Shown: one piece after another, positions 1-7,249 of the stretch
How the letters are laid out: each line of letters begins with the position of its first letter
How positions within the stretch are numbered: the first letter of the stretch is position 1
NCBI GenBank assembly: GCA_038873795.1
Contig: JAVZDR010000009.1
Location: forward strand, 1 to 19,677
Source: Candidatus Micrarchaeaceae archaeon
GTDB lineage: Archaea > Micrarchaeota > Micrarchaeia > Micrarchaeales > CABMGC01
Reading direction: 5' to 3'
DNA: 19,677 bases
Translations under genes and position numbers: made by a program
The notes under the pieces: generated by a model
The model's input: the letters and a program-made list of their open reading frames with translations, nothing else
Told to the model about the DNA's origin: nothing
Database searches by the model: none

Positions 1-405
1 CCTTTCAAGTATGTACTTTGTATACTCTACTGAAATCTGCGCAACATCAAGGGCCAGCGCCTGCAGCTCTGCCGGCTTAAGGCTTATCTCGCCCTCCGGC
101 TTTATTATTTCTATGCCTGCGGGTATGAAATTGAATGAAACATTTATCAGCGCTGCGACATCCTTGAAAAGGATGTTAAGCACTGCATTTGTCGAATATG
201 TGTTATCTGCTTTTATGGGCTCGTCTATGCTGCCATAGCAGTAGATTACCCCAGGCGTCTTGAGGAGCCTGTTGTTTATAAGGTCAACCATCAGGGGCTG
301 CAGATCCTCCTCCCTCTCGCTCTGCATGTCAAAATAGAGCTTGGCAAGAATGCCACCCTTCTTTATTGCCTCGTCTGTGACTGCTTCAAGTTCGCTCTTG
401 GCCAA
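1..405 (-). CDS. Hypothetical protein, runs off the left window edge (not in ORF track)
   Basis: TTG start at 405 immediately after the hisS TGA, with a GTGAT SD-like motif upstream. Open for 135 codons to the edge: MAKSELEAVTDEAIKKGGILAKLYFDMQSE...FIPAGIEIIKPEGEISLKPAELQALALDVAQISVEYTKYILER. Confidence 0.85.
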   Translation of the reverse strand, partial: MAKSELEAVTDEAIKKGGILAKLYFDMQSEREEDLQPLMVDLINNRLLKTPGVIYCYGSIDEPIKADNTYSTNAVLNILFKDVAALINVSFNFIPAGIEIIKPEGEISLKPAELQALALDVAQISVEYTKYILER

Positions 406-1677
406 TCAATCACTTTTTATTGCCTCTATTGCGGCATCAATTTCCAGGGTTACCTCATTGCCGCTTACCAGATCCCTCAGCTTGACCTTGTTCCTTGACC
501 TTTCTATGTCGCCAAGTATTATTGCATACCTTATAGACAACGCATTTGCATATTCCAGCTGCTTAGAAAGGCTCCTCTCCATGACGTTCATATCGGTTGC
601 TATGCCTGCGGCGCGCATCCTCTGCGCCACGAATATTGCGTAATCAAGGTTTTCTTCGCCGATATACGCTACAAACAGCCTCGCGTATGTGCTTGGCGAA
701 GCGGCCTTCGGATCGTAAAGAAGCTCGAATATTCTTGATATGCCTATTGATGTGCCAGTTGCAGGAACGTTCTGACCGGCAAATATGCCTATCAGATTGT
801 CATACCTGCCGCCAGCGGTTATTGTAGGCAGATTTGCGCCCTTGCCTTCTGCTTTGAATTCCCAGACAAAGCCAGTGTAGTAGTCGAGCCCGCGCACAAG
901 CGCAAGGTTCGTTACGACGTTTTCTATGCCGTATAGCTTAAGGATGCTTAAAAGCTTGCCGAGCTTGTCCGATTCGCGCTTTAGCGAAGGGTCTTGTGCG
1001 ATGAGCTTCTGGATCTTGTTTTCCTCTTCGCTTGTGATGAAGCTAAGCAGCTCCTCGGCCTTGTTTTGGGCTATGCCGAGCGCAACCAGCTGGGCCTTTG
1101 CATCATCGATGCTTATCTTTTCGAGCTTGTCTATTATGCGCAGCGCTGCTGGCTTTTTCTGATCTTCTATACCAAAGATGCTGAGCATGCCATTTGCCAG
1201 CACCCTGCTGTTGATGTGTATCTTGTAGTCTATGCCAAGAGCGTTGAGGGCAGCCGCCGGTGCAGCTATTACTTCAGCGTCGCTTGAAACCGAAGTGCTT
1301 CCGACTATGTCTACATCTGCTTGTATGAATTCTCTTTCGCGCATTTTCTGGGGCTCTTCCCTGCGCCATATCCTGCCTATCTGGAATCTCTTGAATGGCA
1401 GCGGCATATCCTTATTTAACGCAAAATACCTCGAAAGAGGCACAGTTAGGTCGTACCTCAAGCCAGCATCGCTATCTTGTATTAGGAAGATTTCCTTTGT
1501 GCTTTCCTCGCCATACGCCTTGGCGTTGAGCGTTGAGGTGCTTTCTATGCTTGGCGTCTCTATAGGATAGAAGCCGAAGCGCACGTATGTCTCGCTTATC
1601 TTCCTTATTATCTCATTTAGCAGAATTGCCTCCTTGGGCTTGAAGTCCCTTGTTCCCCTAGGCAGCTGGAAATCCAT
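406..1677 (-). CDS. hisS: Histidyl-tRNA synthetase
   Basis: PRGTRDF N-terminus, LRYDLTVP, motif 2 WRREEPQ..REREFIQ.D.D, LVRGLDYYTG, GGRYD, and a C-terminal anticodon-binding domain. Confidence 0.98.
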   Translation of the reverse strand: MDFQLPRGTRDFKPKEAILLNEIIRKISETYVRFGFYPIETPSIESTSTLNAKAYGEESTKEIFLIQDSDAGLRYDLTVPLSRYFALNKDMPLPFKRFQIGRIWRREEPQKMREREFIQADVDIVGSTSVSSDAEVIAAPAAALNALGIDYKIHINSRVLANGMLSIFGIEDQKKPAALRIIDKLEKISIDDAKAQLVALGIAQNKAEELLSFITSEEENKIQKLIAQDPSLKRESDKLGKLLSILKLYGIENVVTNLALVRGLDYYTGFVWEFKAEGKGANLPTITAGGRYDNLIGIFAGQNVPATGTSIGISRIFELLYDPKAASPSTYARLFVAYIGEENLDYAIFVAQRMRAAGIATDMNVMERSLSKQLEYANALSIRYAIILGDIERSRNKVKLRDLVSGNEVTLEIDAAIEAIKSD

Positions 1678-1678
1678 A

Positions 1679-2005
1679 TTACAGACCGCTTCTCAGATTG
1701 GCATCAAGCCATTTCTTTATTACTTCCTTTGGCACCGCACCAACAGAATTCGCAATAGGCTCGCCAGACTTGAAGAGCATGGTTGTTGGTATGCTCATTA
1801 CGCCATATCTTTCGGCTATCTCAGGGCTCTCATCGGTATTGAGACTGCAGAACTTTACCTTGCCGGCGTATTCCTTCGAAACCTCTTCTATTATTGGCGA
1901 GTAGAACCTGCATGGCCCGCACCACTCAGCCCAAAAGTCTATTACAACAGGCAGACTTGACTTCAGGACCTCCTTCTCAAAATTTTCGCTATTGACTTCT
2001 ATCAT
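1679..2005 (-). CDS. trxA: Thioredoxin
   Basis: DFWAEWCGPC active site and SIPT cis-Pro motif; 108 aa; GGTGA SD upstream. Confidence 0.97.
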   Translation of the reverse strand: MIEVNSENFEKEVLKSSLPVVIDFWAEWCGPCRFYSPIIEEVSKEYAGKVKFCSLNTDESPEIAERYGVMSIPTTMLFKSGEPIANSVGAVPKEVIKKWLDANLRSGL

Positions 2006-2124
2006 CCTTTCACCGGAGTAGAATTGAGCATTATTTTATTGCAATTGGCGTGCCCTGCACGCACAGTTCTACATCGTAAAGTCCGAATCTGTGCGAGCTT
2101 GCGATGTATTATGTTGCAATCAAA

Positions 2125-2133
2125 TTTATATAT
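2125..2133. promoter_or_regulatory. TATA box (TTTATATAT) in the divergent trxA / L35Ae-like intergenic region
   Basis: Matches the archaeal TTTAWATA consensus between divergently oriented genes. Confidence 0.5.
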
Positions 2134-2204
2134 TTGCGTGCTGATTTGATATACGCGGGCAATCTTGTGCTTGATGGCAGCATTTCCGCAGGATTGATGG
2201 GTTT

Positions 2205-2471
2205 ATGATACAGGCAATAGTTGCATCAATAGACGAGGACAATCTGCTCGCAAGCCCGATGGAAGAGACCGACTTGAGCACGCTGGTTGGCAAGAAGGCA
2301 AGGTATGTTGATAGTGCAGGCAAGGTGTGGCCGGCAAATGTTGTAGGGATTGAAAGCGATACCGCAGTTATTGTGAAATTTGACGAGATGCCTACAGGGC
2401 TGGGCCAGGGGCAGATACTTGAGATACTTGACAAGCAGGAGGATGAAGCAGAAGGAGAAAAACCGGAATAA
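2205..2471 (+). CDS. Small acidic beta-barrel protein, ribosomal L35Ae/eL33-like (divergent)
   Basis: LVGKKARYVDSAGKVWPANVVGIESDTAVIVKFDEMPTGLGQGQILEIL lines up by eye with the L35Ae core LIGx.V.W....GK...GKI...HG..GAV.A.F...LPGQA.G..VEI. Strongly acidic (19 D/E vs 7 K/R). Confidence 0.6.
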   Translation: MIQAIVASIDEDNLLASPMEETDLSTLVGKKARYVDSAGKVWPANVVGIESDTAVIVKFDEMPTGLGQGQILEILDKQEDEAEGEKPE

Positions 2472-2482
2472 CAGGGGCTTGA

Positions 2483-2491
2483 TATTTATAG
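2483..2491 (+). promoter_or_regulatory. TATA box upstream of the C/D sRNA-histone unit
   Basis: TATTTATAG about 25 nt upstream of box C, the expected spacing for a transcription start near 2512-2515. Confidence 0.55.
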
Positions 2492-2513
2492 GTCTGCATG
2501 TTGAATGGCATGC

Positions 2514-2567
2514 TGAATGATGATCACTTGCTCTGACGATAGATGATGAGGATCTTGAGTGCTGATA
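2514..2567 (+). ncRNA. Archaeal box C/D methylation guide sRNA; D guide predicted to target C34 of tRNA-Leu(CAA)
   Basis: Box C ATGATGA 2517-2523, guide 2524-2532, box D' CTGA 2533-2536, box C' ATGATGA 2543-2549, guide GGATCTTGAGTG 2550-2561, box D CTGA 2562-2565. All four boxes are perfect with typical spacing. The guide is complementary to ACUCAAGAUCC. Confidence 0.88.
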
Positions 2568-2569
2568 CA

Positions 2570-2791
2570 ATGGCTGGCATACCTGACGATGCAGTTAGGA
2601 GCTTTGTAAAGAAGTATGCAAAGGCGAAGATAACAGACGATGCGGTAAAGGAGATAGCAAGGATACTCAATACAGAGGCCGCTAAGATATCAAGGTTTGC
2701 TGTCAAAAACGCAAAAAGGGAGAAGAGAAACAAGATAACAAAAAAGGACATAATGGATTATGTGCTTAAGCATGAGAATGGCTTGATGTAG
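2570..2791 (+). CDS. Archaeal histone-fold protein (atypical)
   Basis: MAGIPDDAVRSFVKK...KITDDAVKEIARIL...AVKNAKREKRNKITKKDI follows the HMf-type alpha1-L1-alpha2-L2-alpha3 pattern. Start placed at ATG 2570 because the upstream ATGs (2543, 2546) are box C' of the sRNA. Confidence 0.85.
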   Translation: MAGIPDDAVRSFVKKYAKAKITDDAVKEIARILNTEAAKISRFAVKNAKREKRNKITKKDIMDYVLKHENGLM

Positions 2792-2809
2792 CTTTGCGCT
2801 GGTTCGGGA

Positions 2810-3376
2810 ATGTACATGGTTGTATACGCCGCAAGGAGCAGTGATGGCAGATACAGGACAGGCCTTTATAAAAGGTATGGCGGCGAATGCTTTGCTGTTT
2901 CAGAGAAAATAGGCGATGGCATACTAGTAAGCGAGTTCAGCAAGAATGGAGTATTGATGGACCAGATCTATACGAAAGGCAATGAACCATTTAGCGTGCT
3001 TTCAGAATACATGGCTGTTGCCGGAGAGCGACTCGAGCTGGACAACTCTGGAAGATACGAGCAGGTAGTGCTTGATGCGGAGTGCCCTCTCTGCAAGTCG
3101 CACTCGTTAGTAAGGGAATATGACAGCGTTGGCCTCGATGAAATAAAGAGCGCGAAGGTTGTGCCCATATTCGTTTGCAGAAATTGCAAGGGCAGATTCT
3201 ATTCAATAAGCGAGCACTATATCGAGAAACTTGTTTCCGAGCATATAGAACTTTTTGATGAGGGCGAGCTCAATGACTATTATTCAAACAGGGAAGCTTT
3301 CATTGGCGAGCTGAAAGAGTATATAATAAGAATTTTTGCTTCCAAAAAGATTATTAATATAAAGCTGGATCAGTGA
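2810..3376 (+). CDS. Hypothetical protein with a Zn-ribbon (CPLC...CRNC)
   Basis: 188-aa ORF spaced 18 nt and 4 nt from its neighbours; two CxxC pairs. Confidence 0.75.
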   Translation: MYMVVYAARSSDGRYRTGLYKRYGGECFAVSEKIGDGILVSEFSKNGVLMDQIYTKGNEPFSVLSEYMAVAGERLELDNSGRYEQVVLDAECPLCKSHSLVREYDSVGLDEIKSAKVVPIFVCRNCKGRFYSISEHYIEKLVSEHIELFDEGELNDYYSNREAFIGELKEYIIRIFASKKIINIKLDQ

Positions 3377-3380
3377 GCGC

Positions 3381-3620
3381 ATGCCCATATTGCTTTCCTC
3401 ATTGTACGGGAAGAAGGTCATAACAGTAGGTGGCAAGGTGCTTGGCGATGTCAAGGACGTTATGGTGGACCTTGAAAATGGTGCGGTTTCCCATCTCCTC
3501 TTCGCAAAGCTTGAGACGATTGCAAAGAGCGAGAATATAAAGCTTGCCCTTGCCAAAAACAGCGTACTTTACAACAAGGTGAAGAGGGCTTCCGACTCAA
3601 TAATTGTTGGCAATGTTTAG
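3381..3620 (+). CDS. PRC-barrel domain protein (CdpB-like family)
   Basis: LSSLYGKKVIT..GKVLGDVKDVMVDLENGAVSHL...V...SDSIIV is a typical archaeal stand-alone PRC-barrel. Confidence 0.88.
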   Translation: MPILLSSLYGKKVITVGGKVLGDVKDVMVDLENGAVSHLLFAKLETIAKSENIKLALAKNSVLYNKVKRASDSIIVGNV

Positions 3621-3627
3621 CCCTGGC

Positions 3628-3759
3628 TCAGTCAGTTGAGACTTCTCTTGCTATAGGCGCGCGCTCCTTTACAAGTATCCTGTAGCCGCAGTAGGGGCAC
3701 CTTATTATGTTGCTTATATTCTTTATCTTCTTCCTGCACTGCAAACAGACGTATGCCAT
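3628..3759 (-). CDS. rpoP: DNA-directed RNA polymerase subunit P (Rpo12), not in ORF track
   Basis: Hand translation MAYVCLQCRKKIKNISNIIRCPYCGYRILVKERAPIAREVSTD (43 aa) carries YxCxxC...IRCPYCGYRILxKxR. GAGGT SD; expected position downstream of rpl37ae. Confidence 0.95.
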   Translation of the reverse strand: MAYVCLQCRKKIKNISNIIRCPYCGYRILVKERAPIAREVSTD

Positions 3760-3764
3760 ATCAT

Positions 3765-4124
3765 TTACCTCATATGGGTTTTGAGCATCCCGACAAGCTT
3801 CCTGTGGAGCTCTGAGCTGCTCGTATTTATTATCCTCACATTCAGGGTGCTCTTGGATTCTTCGTCATTCAATGAAAGGATTGGTGTATAATCCTCCATC
3901 TCTGAAAAATGCACCTCGAGCCAGTGCACCTTGCCTTTCAGGTAGTCGCGGACAATATCGTCAGTCATTGGCAGCGAAGAGAAACTGAAGAGTATGCCAT
4001 TGCACCAGTAGAGCGGCATGTTTCCAGCTGGCGTCACCCTCTCCCTTATCAGATCGTCCCTATCGACCTTGACGATCTCGTGAACCACAAGCTCTTCTAT
4101 TGGCGAATAGGTTATCTTTACCAT
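3765..4124 (-). CDS. Hypothetical protein between rpl37ae and rpoP
   Basis: 119 aa with 4-5 nt gaps to both neighbours and an AGGT SD; motifs EELVVHE and LYWCNGILF. Confidence 0.8.
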   Translation of the reverse strand: MVKITYSPIEELVVHEIVKVDRDDLIRERVTPAGNMPLYWCNGILFSFSSLPMTDDIVRDYLKGKVHWLEVHFSEMEDYTPILSLNDEESKSTLNVRIINTSSSELHRKLVGMLKTHMR

Positions 4125-4128
4125 ACTA

Positions 4129-4356
4129 TTACCTTTTTATCATCATGTTTGCCATTATCCCTGCCGGGGTCTTGAATGTATATGCGCCTCCTGCAAAGAG
4201 AGTGCCGCAGTGCCTGCACTTCCATATGCCCATGCCAACCCTTCTTACAGCCGCCTTGCCACATATATCGCATACATACCTCGCGCGCTTCTGCTTTAAA
4301 ACGCCCATGTACCTTTTTCTTATGTTTACTCCATACCTTATGCTTGCGTTGGCCAA
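4129..4356 (-). CDS. rpl37ae: 50S ribosomal protein L37Ae (eL43)
   Basis: RYG.NIRKR, CDICGK..VRR...GIWKCRHCG..FAGGAY; TTG start. Confidence 0.97.
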   Translation of the reverse strand: MANASIRYGVNIRKRYMGVLKQKRARYVCDICGKAAVRRVGMGIWKCRHCGTLFAGGAYTFKTPAGIMANMMIKR

Positions 4357-5142
4357 TCAATCACCGGCATTCTTTACAATGCTCCTGAGCTCCTTCGATT
4401 TTTCGAAGCTCTTGTCTATAGCTGAGAGCACCTCGTTGTATGTGAAGGCGCCGCTCAGCCCCTTCTGCATCGCCCTGATACTCTTCTCGTCGTTTGCGAT
4501 GGTCAGCCTTGCATCCATTACCGATTCCTCGTTTGAGTCCGCATCCAGAAGGATAGCATCGCCCACTTTGGCAAAGGTGCATGAGGTTACTATATCGCCC
4601 ACCTTGAGCTTCTGCAAGTTGCCCTCTCGGATCACCTTTTCCTCTTCATATTTTGGCATCCTTGTTGAGGAGAGGGCGCTGACCGCAGCGAGCATGCTTG
4701 CGTCGAAGAGGTTGCCATCATAGTTCAATATGTAAATATCAACGAAGATGCTCCAAACCTTTCCCTCCTCTATGAAAAGGGACCCAAGGTCTAGCATCGC
4801 TGAAGCCCTTATGCCTCTGTCGACCACCCTAGCGAGCTCTATCGCTTCTGGGCTGGGCGGGCCCACCTCAAACTCGGTAGAAGCAAGCGGAAGAAGCTCG
4901 GCTGATACGATGAGGTTTCCTTCGTCAGGCTTGTCTGGCATTGGCGTATCAACGTCAAGCTTTACCCCAGCCAGGACCTTTGTGAAGCCGAGGTCAACCT
5001 GCGCAGAGCCCTCGGCATGCTCTATGGTGCCTTGCTTTATCTTTATGCTTCTATAGTCGTAGAATCCCCTAGAATCCTCCCTTGAATTTCTGCTTAGAAG
5101 CTCCCTTATATATCCTCCTTTTACAATATTTATCGACTGCAT
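4357..5142 (-). CDS. rrp42: Exosome complex component Rrp42
   Basis: RNase PH fold: AEGSAQVDLG.TKVLAG, FEVGPP...AIELARVVDRGIR, DGNLFDA; follows rrp41. Confidence 0.96.
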   Translation of the reverse strand: MQSINIVKGGYIRELLSRNSREDSRGFYDYRSIKIKQGTIEHAEGSAQVDLGFTKVLAGVKLDVDTPMPDKPDEGNLIVSAELLPLASTEFEVGPPSPEAIELARVVDRGIRASAMLDLGSLFIEEGKVWSIFVDIYILNYDGNLFDASMLAAVSALSSTRMPKYEEEKVIREGNLQKLKVGDIVTSCTFAKVGDAILLDADSNEESVMDARLTIANDEKSIRAMQKGLSGAFTYNEVLSAIDKSFEKSKELRSIVKNAGD

Positions 5143-5883
5143 CTAATCACTGTATTTTTTTATTATCTTCTCGTATGGCGCCCTGAGCGCCTCTGCCTGG
5201 ATCTTTGTTATCTTTGCACCGGCATTTTTCACCATGCTGTAGAGTTTCTCGAATTCATCCTTTGTGAGATTGCCATCCATCTGGAGCAGAAGGATCCGCC
5301 CTGTAAGGGGATCTATGGCCATTGGCACATCAGCGTCTGAATAATTGTCCTCAATCTTGTTCAGGTCGATGACTATTTCGTCGCCTATCTTGCCCCCTGA
5401 GACGGCGAATGGCATTGAGGTCATGGGCAGGCCGGCAGAGGCAAGGGCAACAGATGCGGCTGTGATTCCAGCCGCCCTAGTGCCGCCATCGCTCTGCAGA
5501 ACCTCTATGAAGAGGTCTATCTCGCACGTTGGGAACTTCTCAAGCATGATAACATTTTCGAATACCTCCCTTGTGACCTTTGATATCTCAATCGCACGCC
5601 TATTCGGGCCTGACCTGCCATGCTCCTCGAGGGATGAAAAAGGGGCCATGGAATACCTGCATTTTATTATGGCTTTTTCTGGATCCGCGAAATGCTTTGG
5701 TAGGGTTTCTTTGGGCCCATACACAGCGGCAAGTATCTTATTGTTGCCCCATTCTATATACGCTGAGCCGTCAGCATTCTTTAGTATGTTTGCCTCTATC
5801 TTTATTGGCCTGAGCTCGTCGAAGGCCCTGCCATCGAGCCTTTTGCCACCGATTATGAGTTTTGGTTTCTCCATTGGCATCAC
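5143..5883 (-). CDS. rrp41: Exosome complex exonuclease Rrp41
   Basis: RLDGR..DELRP, ADGSAY.EWG.NKILAAVYGP, RYSMAPFS, RRAIEISKV, DGGTR and EDNYSDAD catalytic aspartates. Start is GTG 5883 or ATG 5880. Confidence 0.97.
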   Translation of the reverse strand: MMPMEKPKLIIGGKRLDGRAFDELRPIKIEANILKNADGSAYIEWGNNKILAAVYGPKETLPKHFADPEKAIIKCRYSMAPFSSLEEHGRSGPNRRAIEISKVTREVFENVIMLEKFPTCEIDLFIEVLQSDGGTRAAGITAASVALASAGLPMTSMPFAVSGGKIGDEIVIDLNKIEDNYSDADVPMAIDPLTGRILLLQMDGNLTKDEFEKLYSMVKNAGAKITKIQAEALRAPYEKIIKKYSD

Positions 5884-6470
5884 TTAAGCATTTCCTTTAT
5901 CCTTTCTGTCAGCCCTGATGTATGCGCCTCCTCTTCTACCCTTAGTATTGCTTTTGTGGCCAGCGCTATGTTGCCCCCTTTTATCCAAATCCTTCCATTC
6001 ATGCCGACTATTATGTTGGATTTTGTGCCCTCAATGAGCTGGTTGAGCATCGTGTTGCCTTTGCCTATAACCCTTGGCACCTTAGAAGGACGTATGTCTA
6101 TTATCTTGCCCCCGAAGAGCTTCCTAGGGTAGATGAGCACGGCTGTGTTTGTCTCGTCCATCTCCTTTACCTTTGCCTCTATGACATCGCCTATCTTGAG
6201 CCTTGAGGATACGAACTTTGCAACAACAATGCCCTTGAACGGCGAATTTAGGTCTATTGTATATGAGCTAAGCCTAGCGTCCTCTACTATGCCTATCACT
6301 GTTTCGCCCCTTCTCGGCGTCCAAGACCCTTCAAGAGGTATCAGCATCTTCTGGGATTCGTTATAGACAGCAAGTATTGTCGAATAGGTTTTGCCGTCAA
6401 TGATCTGCACGCCGTCTATATGAAGTGGCTTGTCGTAAATCATTTCACCTGGTATAACAATTTTGTTCAA
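5880..6470 (-). CDS. rrp4: Exosome RNA-binding cap protein Rrp4
   Basis: S1 plus KH domains: KVPRVIGK, IIVGMNGRIW, EAHTSGLTERI. TTG start with GGTGG SD. Confidence 0.95.
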   Translation of the reverse strand: MNKIVIPGEMIYDKPLHIDGVQIIDGKTYSTILAVYNESQKMLIPLEGSWTPRRGETVIGIVEDARLSSYTIDLNSPFKGIVVAKFVSSRLKIGDVIEAKVKEMDETNTAVLIYPRKLFGGKIIDIRPSKVPRVIGKGNTMLNQLIEGTKSNIIVGMNGRIWIKGGNIALATKAILRVEEEAHTSGLTERIKEMLK

Positions 6471-6542
6471 AAGACCACCGATAGTTCTGGAATTTTGTAT
6501 GCCTAAACATATATTTTGTGTATACCTATAATAAGCTTGCTC

Positions 6543-7232
6543 TCACTTCTCAATTATCTTTGTTGATGCCTCGCCGTGAGTGAGCTTGTTCAGCTTGTCG
6601 AAGAACTCGCCCTGAAGGCCCGCGGGAAACTCAACAATGGCACTAAGCGATCCATCTGAAAGCCAATTTTCGGAAGTCATGCCATACTGCTTGAGCAGGC
6701 TGTAGCACTTGTTGGCATCGGCTGCAGGAATGGAGACTGCTATCTTGGCGGTTGCGAACTTTATTGGAAGTATGGCATTTATCTTCTTTAGCACGGTTTC
6801 TATCTGCTCATTAGCGCTCTTGAATGGATCTATTGCAACCTTTGCCTCATTCATAGCATTTTCTATCCGCTGCGGCGGATGCGGCGTGTTTGTCCTTGGA
6901 TCTATCGCATTTCTGGCTATTATTGCCACAATCTGCTTCTTCTTCTCATCAAGCATCCTGTTCCTCTGCTCTGTGGTTATTGGAACATTTCCCTTCTTGA
7001 GTATTATTTCTGCGACCTTGGCTATGTCAGTTGTGTTGAATGCCTTTCTTATCTTCTCCTGGCTCTGGCGCTCGCCCTTGTTTGCATCCTTGAAGACCTC
7101 CTCGCTCTCAAGCACAGAAAGCGGATCCTGGCGTTTGCCTGTTATGTACTCGTATGCAAGCTCAGAATCAACCAGGAGTTCGAATGTTTCGCCAGCAACT
7201 GAGTACTTTGCTATTACAGTCTTTGACGGCAT
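6543..7232 (-). CDS. Ribosome assembly factor SBDS/Sdo1
   Basis: GETFELLV, VFKDA.KGE, ITTEQR, DPRT.TPHPPQRIENAM, IDPFKSA; canonical position after psmA. ATG 7232 preferred over GTG 7241. Confidence 0.96.
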   Translation of the reverse strand: MPSKTVIAKYSVAGETFELLVDSELAYEYITGKRQDPLSVLESEEVFKDANKGERQSQEKIRKAFNTTDIAKVAEIILKKGNVPITTEQRNRMLDEKKKQIVAIIARNAIDPRTNTPHPPQRIENAMNEAKVAIDPFKSANEQIETVLKKINAILPIKFATAKIAVSIPAADANKCYSLLKQYGMTSENWLSDGSLSAIVEFPAGLQGEFFDKLNKLTHGEASTKIIEK

Positions 7233-7249
7233 CACTATCACTGCAGCTG

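Noticed and set aside
2060..2108. HDV-like or theta ribozyme reading of the nested stems
   Set aside because: No P3/L3 consensus, no G-U or G-C at the first P1 pair, and no catalytic-C J4/2 segment on either strand.
2543..2569. N-terminal extension (MMRILSADT) of the histone ORF
   Set aside because: The ATGATGA is better explained as box C' of the sRNA; histone similarity begins at ATG 2570.
4100..4723. 207-aa + strand ORF and similar antisense ORFs (5345-5887, 6709-7338, 11923-12486, 13093-13647)
   Set aside because: All lie opposite well-supported conserved genes and look like antisense shadows.
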